Origin: Octopus sinensis
Lineage: Eukaryota
Assembly: GCF_006345805.1 (NCBI RefSeq)
Contig: NC_043015.1
Coordinates: forward strand, 46,252,001 to 46,316,000
DNA: 64,000 nt
Direction: 5' to 3'
A program made the position numbers and the translations under genes. The notes beneath the pieces are model-generated. The model was not told the DNA's origin. It saw only the letters and a list, made by a program, of their open reading frames with translations, and did not search any database. Shown here piece after piece: positions 37,750 through 52,114 of the stretch; the stretch's first letter is position 1; every line of letters starts with the position of its first letter.

Positions 37750-37759
37750 TATATATATA

Positions 37760-37814
<55 letters not shown>

Positions 37815-38189
37815 ATTATATATATATATATGTATAAAACGTAATGGGCTTCAGCACAGTTTTTATTTACCAAATCATTGACAAGGCATTGGTTAACTGA
37901 GGGCTATAGTAGAAGACACTGGCCCTAGATTATGAGATTAGATAGTTTTCAAGCAAAAAAAATTTCAAATCTTACCTTTGTATTTTTTATATTACCTTTA
38001 AAAAAAACACCCCCGAAAGAACAGAAAGTAATATCCAGTCATTTGTGTGAATATCTGTTTCATTCATTTGTGCATGTAAATTAATGGAAATAGAATTATC
38101 CAGATTGGAGTCTGGTGCAGCCTTCTGGCCTGCCAGCTCTCAAGTCAAACCGTCCAACCCATGCCGGCATGGAAAATAGACATTAAACG

Positions 38190-39505
<1,316 letters not shown>

Positions 39506-40084
39506 CCTGTGCTAATACTAGAAAAAGAAACTGCTTCCAATGTAAATATAATTTACACTAACGTATCTAAAATTACACACACACACACACACATACACAC
39601 ACACTCATATATTTATATATTTAAAAAAAATTTTTTATTTATCTGTGTTATGCAGATAAAAAAATGTTGAAATATCTATTTACACTTGTTTGTATTTTTT
39701 TCTTTTTTTCTTTTTTTTGTTTTTTTTCATTTGAATTATTTTGGTGGTTTGCAAAGTTTCCCCCTAAAGACTCTACCCTTTTGCTTTGCTTTTTTATGTG
39801 TGTGCATGCATGCATGTCCACGCGTGTGTGCACATACACAGACATCTCAAAAGTAAATAGACACTCCTCATTATGCTGTGTTACATTGGTGTGGGCACCG
39901 CTTACTACTTTGCTGCCCTAAAATGGCTTAAATCATTGAAAACTCCACAAGGCATGCCTACTAAATGCTAATTCAAGTATTTGAATGCACTAAAGGACAT
40001 TATTGGTGGCTTATAAGACGCGCGAGTGCATAGGGCACACCCTAGCCTAGGCTATACTTTTGTAAAAGAGATTACTGCTAAAAT

Positions 40085-40546
40085 AATGTGAGGTATATTT
40101 GCCATCTCAATATGGCTAACCACTAAGGGTGGGTGTTACTGTAGCTTGTAGCCCCAGGAGAACATCGTCTCCAGCTGGCTTTAGGCACACTTTCTGTGCC
40201 CTTATGGTATTTGCAAAGGGAGGTCATCCTTCCCTCGTTAACCTAAGTGATACGCACGAACTGCAGTTTCTAGGTATTGACCTGTCATCAGCGTACGACA
40301 ATCACCTGTTTTCGATGAAACGGGTCCCAATGCAATGTACGCTGATGACAGGTCAATACCAAGAAACTGCAGTCTGTGCGTATCACTTAAGTTGACGAGG
40401 AAAGGATGACCTCCCTTTGAAATTCCTTAGGGCACAGAAAATGTGCCTATAGCTAGCTGGAGACGATGTTCTCCTGGGGCTACAAGCTACAGTAACACCC
40501 ACCCTTAGTGGTTAGCCATATTGAGATGGCAAGTATACCTCACATT
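40085..40546. ncRNA. Long foldback element (~210-bp arms, ~40-bp spacer) with a hammerhead-like motif in each arm (family 6)
   Basis: Minus strand 40253-40297: CGTACG-CTGATGA-C-AGGT-CAAT-ACCT-A-GAAA-CTGCAG-TT-CGTGCG. Plus strand 40335-40381 is the counterpart with a GUC site. Confidence 0.6.
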
Positions 40547-40594
40547 GTCGTGCAGTTACTGTTTATACCTCGTTCAGAGATTTATTATTACTCT

Positions 40595-40820
40595 TTACTC
40601 TTTACTCTTTTACTTGTTTCAGTCATTTGACTGCGGCCATGCTGGAGCACTGCCTTTAGTCGAGCAACTGGACCCCAGGACTTATTCTTTTTGTAAGCCC
40701 AGTACTTATTCTATCGGGCTCTTTTGCCGAACCGGTAAGTAACGGGGACATAAACACACCAGCATCGGTTGTCAAGCAATGCTAGGGGGACAAACACAGA
40801 CAAACACCACACACACATGC

Positions 40821-40873
<53 letters not shown>

Positions 40874-41068
40874 ATATAATATACATATATATATACATAT
40901 ATACGACAGGCTTCTTTCAGTTTCCGTCTACCAAATCCACTCACAAGGCTTTGGTCGGCCCGAGGCTATAGCAGAAGACACTTGCCCAAGATGCCACGCA
41001 GTGGGACTGAACCCGGAACCATGTGGTTGGTAAACAAGCTACTTACCACACAGCCACTCCTGCGCCTA
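40595..41068 (-). mobile_element. SINE family A with expanded internal (TA)n
   Basis: Full-length copy. Confidence 0.9.
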
Positions 41069-41492
41069 TAACTAAAATAATGTTTTAATTCTTCCACTTA
41101 CCTTTATAATTTTGTCATTACCGGTAATTATAAGCAATTTATTCCGTCCACATTCAATATAAACATACGGTAGTTGATTGTTCACCAATAGATGGCAGCA
41201 CTTGTTTTGTAAACGTACATACCGTTTTGAGCCTACATTGTGTGCATTGGACGCAGGGGGATTTTAAAAACCATTTTTGAGTAAAAAAAGGTGCATCTTA
41301 GAGGCCATCAAATATGGTAAGTCTTTCAGAAATGACAGTGCATAGTTACCTTTGAAGGTTAGAAGAACTGAAGGACCGCTGCAATGTGTAAATCTAAGAA
41401 TATAATCATAATTAACTGATCCTTCTGTATTTTCTTTAGCCCAAAGCCAGAAACTTTACAGCCCCACCCCCCTTGTGTGTGTGTGTGTATAC

Positions 41493-41564
<72 letters not shown>

Positions 41565-41780
41565 ATGTATGTAATATATTATAATATAACATCGACAGGC
41601 TTTAATTCACAGAAATTGTAACGAAACGGAAAATGGTTCTTTAATTCCTTTTATACTAACAATGTGTCGCAAAATGCTAGCTTTCTTCCAATAAGTGATA
41701 CATATATGTGTGTATATATGTGTATAAATATATATGTGTGTGTATGTTTGTGTGTGCGTATACACATATATAAATGTGTG

Positions 41781-41811
<31 letters not shown>

Positions 41812-42184
41812 GTACATATATATATACATATATCTATATGTACATAGAATAAACATATGAATACATACATACATACATACGTACATACATCCATACATAC
41901 ATACATACGTACGTATATATATATATTAATTATTATTTGAGGGAATAAAATCCAAACTTACAAGGAAAAAGAATTCAATTTAGAAAAACTAAATAAAATT
42001 TCACCCAATATAATAAATATATATAAAATATTAGAAAAAAACCACCTTTTATCAATTCAAATTGAACAATTAAATTACACCATCTAGAAAATTACATATA
42101 ATAGAAAAGTTAAAATTAAAATAAACAATAAAATGTAAAGATTAAGTAAATTGCAAAAAATAATAATAAAACGTATATAATATA

Positions 42185-42260
<76 letters not shown>

Positions 42261-42287
42261 CAGGATATATATATATATATATATATA

Positions 42288-42415
42288 CAGGGTGTCCCCA
42301 AAAAATGTATACACACCTTAAATAATTGTAAATTTGTTATTCTTTGTAAGCCTAGTACTTATTCTATTGTTCTCTTTTGCCGAACCACTATGTGTATACA
42401 TTTTTTTGGGACACC

Positions 42416-42418
<3 letters not shown>
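42288..42418. mobile_element. Tc1/mariner-type MITE containing a SINE A fragment
   Basis: TA-CAGGGTGTCCCCAAAAAATGTATACAC...GTGTATACATTTTTTTGGGACACCCTG-TA; internal TTATTCTTTGTAAGCCTAGTACTTATTCTAT...TTTGCCGAACC. Confidence 0.85.
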
Positions 42419-42456
<38 letters not shown>

Positions 42457-42937
42457 CAGTGAAAATTTAGATTCAAATGAATATGGTACTTAATTTAGAT
42501 GCACCAGAATTCCATATGGTGTTATCCATAAAAATCCGTGGGGCGATTATAATCAAAATAAGCAGTTGCTTATTTGATATATATATATATGTGACCTCGT
42601 GTGTACCGTTGGCAATTTTTTTTCCTCTGTCTTCCCTTCTCTGGATCTTTCCTTCTTCTATGTTTCCGACAAAGTGCTCCGCTCGAAACATTAAACCCTC
42701 CTTGTTTCCTTCTTTCCTGAGCGTCCAATAATACAATATTTGTTCCACGTCCTCGCGTTGTTGTGTTTTTTTGTGCTTTCTTGTTTGGTCCTACCTTCTG
42801 GGATTTTTTTTTTTTTTACAGGGCTTAGAAAAGTTGCAATAAGTGTGTGAATCCGAGGAGAGGGAAACATGTTGAATGAAATCATAATCAACTGATTCTC
42901 CTGTATTTTTTTTTACCCAAAGCCAGGAACTTTTAAA

Positions 42938-43390
42938 ATAATAATAATAATGAAATTATTGTATACAGTACTCAGGTGCGCCACAACTTGTCAGAAAGTG
43001 CATATAAAGTACATGCAGTAATGTAGAAATGTCTGGAAAGCGAACAATGTATGAGTCAGATACATGCCTGTGTGTGTATGGAGGGGAGAAAATCAGGTGT
43101 AGTGTTGGCGAATCTCAGAAAGCATGGAAGTTTTGAAGGATGCAGTGCTCCGACAACTAACAACTGATGCCGGCAGTTTGTTCCATGCTTCAGCAACTCT
43201 CAGCGTGAAAAAATGTTTCCTGAAGTTGTGGGACCTGTGCTGTTTTCTGACTTTGTAAATATGTCCACGGGTGTTAGACGGGTGGAGTTTGAAAAGGTGT
43301 TCAGAGTTATTGTTTGTGCGATGGTTGATAATTTTATGGGTGTCTGCCAAGTCAGCTGCCAGACGTCGGAGCTCTCGTATTGTTAGTTTT
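42938..43390 (-). mobile_element. CR1/L2-like LINE 3' end
   Basis: NTRGHIYKVRKQ...RKHFFTLRVAEAWNKLP...FK; (ATT)n tail. Confidence 0.85.
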
Positions 43391-43944
43391 ACTGATTTTC
43401 CCATTTCAGTTTTAAGGGGAAATAGCTAAATCTCTGTTCTGTGTTAATGCTACAGGGTAATGAACGAACATTGTACTTTCTTCCTTCTCTTCCCAATACA
43501 TTTTGTAATTATGAATTAGATTAGCATGAACTAGATTAGCCACTTTATTACAAGAGCAACAACATCATTGTAACTATTAAGTCTAAATCTCTTTTGTACA
43601 TATTTACACTTGTTCCAAACGTATATACACTGGGAAAGTAAGAATGATACATTATATACATTATTAAAAACAGTTAATTCTGCTTAATTACATACTGGAT
43701 AATTACATAATTTGGGTAATTGCTTCATGTTTTAAAACGCCGAGTTGCTTGCCATCAAATCTATGTAAAATTAATCGGTTAATTACATATGAAAATAATG
43801 TCATTTTTGGTTAATTGCCCAAGATCTGTTTTTCCTCGATTTTGAATGAGAAAGAAAATCTGATACACATATATATACACACACATGCATGCATGTATAC
43901 AAACACACACACACATGTGTATGTATATATATATATATATATTT

Positions 43945-44332
43945 ACTCTTTACTCTTTTACTTGTTTCAGTCATTTGACTGCGGCCATGCTGGACCACCG
44001 CCTTTTAGTCGAGCAAATCGACCCCGGGACTTATTCTTTGTAAGCCCAGTACTTATTCTATCGGTCTCTTTTGCCAAACCGCTAAGTGACGGGGACGTAA
44101 ACACACCAGCATCGGTTGTCAAGCAATGCTAGGGGGACAAACACAGACACACACATATATATATATATACATATATACGACAGGCTTCTTTCAGTTTCCG
44201 TCTACCAAATCCACTCACAAGGCATTGGTCGGCCCGGGGCTATAGCAGAAGACACTTGCCCAAGATGATACGCAGTGGGACTGAACCCGGAACCATGTGC
44301 TTGGTTAGCAAGCTACTTACCACACAGCCACT
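43945..44332 (-). mobile_element. SINE family A
   Basis: Full-length copy. Confidence 0.9.
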
Positions 44333-44341
44333 CACACATAC

Positions 44342-44380
<39 letters not shown>

Positions 44381-44402
44381 CACATACATATATATATATA
44401 TA

Positions 44403-45760
44403 TCATCATCATCATCATCATCATCATTTAGCGTCCGTTTTCCATGCTAGCATAGGTTGGACGGTTCAACTGGGGTCTGTGAAGCCGGAAGGCTTCATCA
44501 AGCCCAGTCAGATCTGGCAGTGTTTCTACGGCTGGATGCCCTTCCTAATGCCAACCACTCCGTGAGTGTAGTGGGCGCTTTTTACGTGACACCCGCACAG
44601 GTGCCAGACAGAGCTGGCAAACGGCCACGAACGGATGGTGCTTTTATGTCCCACCGGCATGGGGGCCAGGCGAGGCTGGCAACGGACACGAACGGATGGT
44701 GCTTTTATGTCCCACCGGCACGGGGGCCAGGCGAGGCTGGCAGCGGACACGAACGGATGGTGCTTTTACATGCCACCGGCACGGAGGCCACACGGGGCGG
44801 CGCTGGCAACGACCACGATCGGATGGTTCGCTTAACCACAGCTGCAATTTTCACTGATGTTGATCGACCTCAATTTTGGTTCTGCTTTCTGATATCTGAT
44901 TTGATTTGGTTTGATTTTGATTTTGATTTTGACTGTTCTCACTGGTCTTGCCGGGTCTTCTCACACACAGCATACTTCCATAGGTCTTGGTCTCTAGTCA
45001 TTTCCTTGGTGAAACCTAAAGTTTGAAGGTCGTGCTTCACCACCTCGTCCCAGGTTTTCCTGGGTCTACCTCTTCCACAGGTCCCCTCAACTGCCAGGGT
45101 GTGGCACTTTTTCACACACCTATCTTCATCCATTCTCGCCATATGACAATACCAGCGCAATCGTCTCTCTTGCACACAACAACTGATGCTTCTTAGGTCC
45201 AACTTTTCTCTCAAGGTACTTACACTCTGTCGATTATGAACACTGACATTACACATCCAAGGAGCATACTAGCTTCATTTCTTGTTGAGCTTACGCAAAT
45301 CCTCAGCAGTCACAGCCCCAAGTTTCACTACCATGTAGCATGGCGTACGTACACATGCATCATACAGTCTGCTTTTACTTTGAGTGAGAGGCCTTTGTCA
45401 CCATCAGAGGTAAGAGCTCTCTAAACTTTGCCCGGCTATTCTTACTCTAGCAGTTACACTTTCAGCACACCCGCCCCCGCTACTGACTTGGTCACCTAGG
45501 TAGTGGAAGCTATCAACTACTTCTAGTTTCTCCCTGGAACGTGGTAGAAGTTGGTCTCTGCATATTTTTAGAGTCTATTGCTCCTGAGCATCTGCCACAG
45601 ATAAAAACTATTTTCCTAGTTAGTCTTCCTTTGACATTACTACATCTCTTAGTGTCCATAGCTTACATTTGGTTGCATCTTATAGAGTTTCTACCTAACC
45701 TTTCTACAGATCGAGCAGGGCCATCTACCTGAAGGCGTTTGTGATTGGTCTACCTTCCTA
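44403..45760 (-). mobile_element. RTE LINE 3' portion: Cys-rich RT segment, ORF end, repeated 3' UTR and (GAT)n tail
   Basis: SGRWPCSICRK; QERRLRWYCHMARM...GRGRPRKTWDEVV...LWKYAVCEKTRQDQ; contiguous with the dispersed tail family. Confidence 0.9.
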
Positions 45761-46235
45761 CTTATTAGGACTTTGGTTTTGGCTATATATATAAATATAT
45801 TATATATATATATATATATATATACATACATATATACACAAACACACACTCATATATTCATGATGGACTTTTTTCTGTTTCTGTCTACCAAAGCCACTCA
45901 CAAAGCTTTGGTTATAGTAGATGACACTTGCTTAAGGTGCCACACAGTGGGACTGAACCTGGAACCATGTAGTTGGGAAGCAAGCCTCTTATCACAAAGA
46001 CACTCCTGTTGTCTTTTGGATTTGATTTTCACTTCCTCCCTCTTAAGATCTCAAAATCCATTTTGAAATAACTCCAGTTGTTTCCAACTGATAAAGCATT
46101 CATTTACATTTACTCAACAACTCAAGGGTTTTGTTTACACATTGGTCCCCAAAATGAAAATATTCCCACAACCACCGCCACCACAAAAACCATCATCATC
46201 ATCACCATCATCTTATACATTATACATTATTCCAG

Positions 46236-46348
46236 GGAATGAAGAAATCCTGGGAGAAGTCGACGGAGCTTTGTTTGCTTTGTCATTGGACCATCATTCA
46301 CCGTCAACACCAGACGAAATACTGGAAACTTATCTGCATGGAGATTAC
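46236..46348 (+). pseudogene. CPT2: Orphan exon fragment resembling carnitine O-palmitoyltransferase 2
   Basis: NEEILGEVDGALFALSLDHHSPSTPDEILETYLHGD aligns without gaps to the recalled CPT2 segment [36 protein letters not shown]. Preceded by ATTCCAG acceptor; no donor, runs into a CA/TA repeat. Confidence 0.7.
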
Positions 46349-46687
46349 ATACATATATATATATACACACACACACACACGCACATATATATATAAAAAC
46401 ACGCACATATATATAGTATATAATATATATATATATACATATATATATATTTCTTTAGTACCCACAAGGGGCTAAACACAGAGGGGGGGGCAAACAAGGA
46501 CAGACAAACGGATTAAGTCAATTATATCGACCCCAGTGCGTAATGGTACTTATTTAATCGACCCGAAAGATGAAAGGCTGAAAGGCAAAGTCGACCTCGG
46601 CGGAATTTGAACTCAGAACGTAGCGGCAGACGAAATACTGCTAAGCATTTTGCCCGGCATGCTAACGATTCTGTCAGCTCGCCGCTT

Positions 46688-46735
<48 letters not shown>

Positions 46736-46779
46736 TATATATATATATATTATATATATATATAATATATATATATATA

Positions 46780-46903
<124 letters not shown>

Positions 46904-47007
46904 ATAGATATATATAGATATATATATATATACATATATATACATACATATATATATATATATATATACATATATATACATACATTTATATAATATATAT
47001 ACATAAT

Positions 47008-47041
<34 letters not shown>

Positions 47042-47173
47042 TCCAATATATTACATACATTATATATTGATATATATCTATATACATATATATACATACA
47101 TAGATATATATCTATATACATATATATAATATATATATATATATATAATATATATATATATTATATATATATA

Positions 47174-47221
<48 letters not shown>

Positions 47222-47269
47222 CATACATATATATACATACTATTATATACATACATATAAAAAATCAAA

Positions 47270-49097
47270 AAATGAAAACAAATCGAAATAGATGAATATC
47301 AATGGAATTTGTATCTTTGTGGTACCAGTGCCGGTGGCACACAAGATAACCATCCGAACGTGGCCGTAGCCAGTACTGCATCGACTGGCCTCCGTGCTGT
47401 GGGCACGTAACAAACACCATCCGATCGTGGCCGTTCGCCAGCCTCATCCGGCACCTGTGTCGGTGGCAGTTAAAAACACCATCCGAAGACCCGGCAAGAC
47501 TAGTCAGGCCATAATCCGTGGCCCCAACCTGGGACGTAGTCAGTCCACCTGTGCATACCTTCCTTCTTGTGACACTTGTGAAGACCTTTTGAGGCAAGTG
47601 AAAGTGAAAATCAAAATAAAATAGATGAACATCAATGGAATTTGTATCTTTATGGTACCAGTGCCGGTGTGGCACACAAGAAAACCATCCGAACGTGGCC
47701 GTAGCCAGTACGCATCGACTGGCCTCCGTGCTGTGGGCACGTAACAAACACCATCCGATCATGTCCGTCGCCCAGCCTCATCAGGCACCTGTGTCGGTGG
47801 CACATAAAAACACCATCTGAAGACCCGGCAAGACTAGTCAGGCCATAACCCGTGACCCCTACCTGGGACGTAGTCAGTCCGCCTGTGCATACCTTCCTTC
47901 TTGTGACACTTGTGAAGACCTGATGAGGCAGTGATCAAATCAAAACAAATCAAAATAGATGAACATCAATGGAATTTGTATCTTTGTGGTACCAGGGCCG
48001 GTGGCACACAAGATAACCATCCGAACATGGCCGTAGCCAGTACCGCATCGACTGGCCTCTGTGCTGTGGGCTCATAACAAACACCATCCGATCGTGGCCG
48101 TTCGCCAGCCTCATCTGGCACTGTGTCGGTGGCACATAAAAACACCATCCGAAGACCCGGCAAGGACTAGTCAGGCCATAACCTGTGGACTCTACCTGGG
48201 ACGTAGTCAGTCCACCTGTGCATACCTTCCTTCTTGTGACACTTGTGAAGACCTGTTGAGACAAGTGATCAAATCAAATCAAATCAAATCAAAATAGATG
48301 AACATCAATGGAATTTGTATCTTTGTGGTACCAGTGGCCAGTGCGGTGGCACACAAGAAAACCATCCGAACGTGGCCGTAGCCAGTACCGCATCGACTGG
48401 CCTCCGTGCTGTGGGCACATTAAACACCATCCATCTGGCACCTGTGTCGGAGACAAATAAAACATCATCCGAAGACCCGGCAAGACTAGTCAGGCCATAA
48501 CCCGTGGCCCCTACCTGGGACGTTGTCAGTTCACCTGTGCATACCTCCTTCCTTCTTGTGACACTTGTGAAGACCTGTTGAGGCAAGTGAAAATCAAATC
48601 AAATCAAATTAAAATAGATGAACATCAATGGAATTGTATCTTTGCGGTACCAGTGCCGGGGGCACACAAGAAAACCATCCGAACGTGGCCGTAGCCTGTA
48701 CCGCATCGACTGGCCTCCGTGCTGTGGGCACGTAAGAAACACCATCCGATCGTGGCCGTTCGTCAGCCTCGTCTGGCACCTGTGTTGGTGGCACATAAAA
48801 ACACCATCCGAGCGTGGCTGTCGCAGCCTCGTCTGGCACCTGTGTCGGGGCACATAAAAACACCATCCGAGCGTGGCCGTTTGCCAGCCTCGCTGGCACC
48901 TGTGTCGGTGGCACATAAAATCACCCACTACACTCTGGAGTGGTTGGCGTTAGGAAGGGCATCCAGCTGTAGAAACACTGCCAGATCTGACTGGAGCCTG
49001 GTGCAGCCTTCGGGCTCCCCAGACCCAGTTGAACTGTCCAACCCATGCTAGCATGGAAAGCGGATGTTAAATGATGATGATGATGATGATGATGATA
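47270..49097 (+). repeat. Five tandem ~330-bp copies of an RTE ORF-end/3' UTR segment, followed by the normal tail and (GAT)n
   Basis: GATGAAYATCAATGGAA at ~47290, 47624, 47958, 48297 and 48617; units contain GAAGACCCGGCAAGACTAG (KTRQD*). Confidence 0.9.
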
Positions 49098-49137
49098 TAT
49101 ATGCATACATATATATACATACATATTATATATATAT

Positions 49138-49175
<38 letters not shown>

Positions 49176-49202
49176 CACCACACATGCACACACACACACA
49201 CT

Positions 49203-49234
<32 letters not shown>

Positions 49235-49594
49235 CATAGGCAAACAGAGAAAAAGGGAAAATCTGCAAAAAGAAGAAAAAAAAGGGACACTGACAAGAAA
49301 ATATTATTTTGATTGGAATGTTGTCCAGAATTTATTTGTTTAAAAAAAAAAAAAAAAGATAAGATGTAATGAGTTGGAGAGAGAAATGTTGTCATGAAAG
49401 AGAAAATGTCAAAAGAAGGCAGAAAATCTGGAGACATTTTTTTTGTTTGTTTTTCTTTTCGTTTTTTTTCTTATTTTGTGTGTGAGTGTGTTTGTTTACA
49501 GCCTTTTTTTGTTTGTTTTGTTTTGTAAGTGTGAACCTCCCTGCTTCACAAAAAAGTCTTCCCTTCATAAACCCCACAAAAAAAAAAAAAAAAA

Positions 49595-49715
49595 ACCCAG
49601 GCGGCCCGGGTTCGATTCCCGGCATGGGGACGCTTATTTTAATGGCGGTGCCCCAGCATGGCCACAGCTCATTAGCTGAAACTGGAAAAATCAAAATCAA
49701 AAAAATCAAAACAAA
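49595..49715 (+). pseudogene. 3' half of a tRNA-Glu fused to a trailer and a LINE-like 3' tail
   Basis: ACCCAGGCGGCCCGGGTTCGATTCCCGGCATGGGGA matches the recalled tRNA-Glu(TTC) 3' half; then CGCTTATTTT, then GGCGGTGCCCCAGCATGGCC-hairpin-GAAAC and (AAAATC)n. Confidence 0.75.
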
Positions 49716-49820
49716 ATATATTTTGTTTATAAAACAACAAAAGGAAGAAACTGATTTCGATTTTTCGAACCAGTCTAAATATATTAACGACCAGGTATTA
49801 ATTAAGATTGCTTTGAATCA

Positions 49821-50396
49821 TCATGTCGGTTTTTCATGCATGTCTATAACATCTTCATCGATTGATAACGTTATTTCTGTTTCCTGAGTGGTTGCAGATG
49901 GTCGTTTATGTTTTGTGTATTTTCCTATGGAATTTGAACGTTCAACATCAGTTTGCTTTGAGGGAGTTGTCGGCTCTGAGGTACAGGAACGGCTATCATC
50001 AACGGCATCGTGTTCATAGGAGAAATTATTATATACCGTTGTTCCTTCTTCGGACTCGACGACACTTTGACTTTCAGGAACCACAGACAACGGAGAACTG
50101 TGTTTGCCACTTGAAGATTCATTAGAGAAAGACCAATTTCGATCTGATGAGGAACTGTTTAGGGAACACGTTCTGTTCCTTCGGTACTGGCGTATTTTGT
50201 CGGTACATGGCTCGCTGGGTGTGCGACCATAAAACGGATCGTAAGCGCTGCTGTTCCATGACAGCGCTCGACTGCTGTTGAAGTGATGGGCTTCCAGCAT
50301 CCGACTCGTTCGTCGGTGCTTCATCCGTATGTGATGACGTATGTCAGTGTACTCATCATGGGTCAGATTTCTGTCATAGTTAGCACTGTGGTAGAG
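49821..50396 (-). CDS. Na+/H+ exchanger (SLC9A/NHE-like), terminal coding exon (cytoplasmic tail)
   Basis: Acceptor TTTTTTTTATCAG; open frame LYHSANYDRNLTHDEYTDIRHHIRMKHRR...HEKPT*; phase 0 matches the upstream exon. Confidence 0.8.
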   Translation of the reverse strand, partial: LYHSANYDRNLTHDEYTDIRHHIRMKHRRTSRMLEAHHFNSSRALSWNSSAYDPFYGRTPSEPCTDKIRQYRRNRTCSLNSSSSDRNWSFSNESSSGKHSSPLSVVPESQSVVESEEGTTVYNNFSYEHDAVDDSRSCTSEPTTPSKQTDVERSNSIGKYTKHKRPSATTQETEITLSIDEDVIDMHEKPT

Positions 50397-52022
50397 CTGA
50401 TAAAAAAAATAAAAAAGAAAAACAATATTATAAAAAAAACCTGAAGTGTTATTTGTTTATGTTTGCATACGTGTGTGCATGTGCATATGTATATCTGTGT
50501 GCGTTTTGATGTGCATGTAGCGTCAAGCCTTACACTATCTGTGTCTGCCTGTACATGTTGTTTGTTCCTTCTCGAGCCATGCCTGGCTCATAAGGGCCGG
50601 TTTCCCTGTTTCCTAGGCGTATAGGTTCCCCACCTGGACGGGACGCCGGTCCGTCGCAGGTGAGCTGCAAGATGCAGGAGGAAAGAGTGAGAGAAAGAGT
50701 CAGCAGAAGTTTCGCCATTACCTTCTGCCGGAGCCGCATGGAGCTTAGGTGTTTTGCTCATAAACACACACATTGCCCACTCTGAAATTTGAACCCGCAA
50801 TCCCTCGACTGTGAGTCCGCTGCTCTAACCACTAGGCCATGTGCCTCCACAGCCTGTACATGCATATATGTTAAATGTGTATTCTTTTATTCTTTTACTT
50901 GTTTCAGTCATTTGATTGTGGCCATGCTGGAGCACTGCCTTGAAGAGTTTTAGACTTATTTTTAAGCTTGCTTCCCAACCACATGGTTTTGGGTTCAATC
51001 TCACTGCATGGCACCTTCAGCAAGTGTTCTACTATAGCCTCAGGCTGACCAGAATCTTGTGAGTGGATTTGGTAGATGGGAAACTGCAAGAAGCCCATCA
51101 TGTATATGTCTGTCTGTCTGTATGTATGTTTTTGAGTTTGTGTTTTTCCCCCTCTGTCACCGATTGACAACTGGTGTCGGTGTGTTTACATCTCTGCAAC
51201 TTAGTGGTTCAGCAAAAGAGATTGATAGAATAAGTACTTGGCTGAGAAAATAAGTCCTGGGGTTGACTTCTTTGACTAAAACCCTTCAAGGCGGTGCTCC
51301 AGCATGGCCGCAGTCAAATGACTGAAACAAGTAAAACAATAAAAGAATATTAGGCCTGATCTATCCAACCTATGATCAAAGGTATACCAGCTATGGCCAA
51401 TGCTTTGTAAATTTTTAGGGAGGGGTTTGAAAGAGCTTTTTTTGCTGTACTCAACCAAATTGTGTAAGCTCCAAGAAACTATCATTCCTTTTGTTTGTAT
51501 CTCATCTACAAATGACCTCCTCCAGGGGTCATTTTGCTGACTCTTGATCTCTTAAAATTAGCAGCCAAATTATCTCAGATCACACTATTCCTTCTTTAAC
51601 CCTTTCATTACTAACCTAGCTGAAACCGGCTCTGGTTCAGTGGTAAAAATGTCTTGTTTTCATAAGTTTTGAATTAAAATCTTCCACCAAACCTTAGTCA
51701 CAATTTATGTTCCTAGCATTAGCTTAATGATAACAAAGTTATTTTACTAAATTCTGTGTTATATTTAAAGTAATTGAAAGAAACACAGAGCATCTCAAAA
51801 TAGATATAGTAACAAAAGGGTTAAAAAAAAATGAAGGACACATTGGATATTGTAGTCCTCGATGCACTTTCTCTCAGAAAGAAAATAATGATATTGCCTT
51901 GGCTAGGAGAGCTTTAATCAGAGATATGCTATGATATGTTAACAACAACAACAACAATGGCAGTAGCAGCAGCAGCAACAGCAAACCTTAATTCTTGAAT
52001 ATAATTGAAGTTTCAGACTTAC

Positions 52023-52114
52023 ATCTCTTGAACTGGAATGGTCCAAAATCTTTTTCAATTCTGAATTTGACGGAAGATTTGCAAGAGTTAATCTTCGATT
52101 CAAAACGCTTCTCT
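52023..52114 (-). CDS. NHE-like internal exon (92 nt), (K)RSVLNRRLTLANLPSNSELKKILDHSSSRD
   Basis: Acceptor CTTTATTACAG, donor GTAAGT, phases 1 and 0 fit both neighbours. Confidence 0.85.

Noticed and set aside
39860-39965. Hydrophobic open frame LIMLCYIGVGTAYYFAALKWLK
   Set aside because: No pyrimidine tract or donor; not recognisable.
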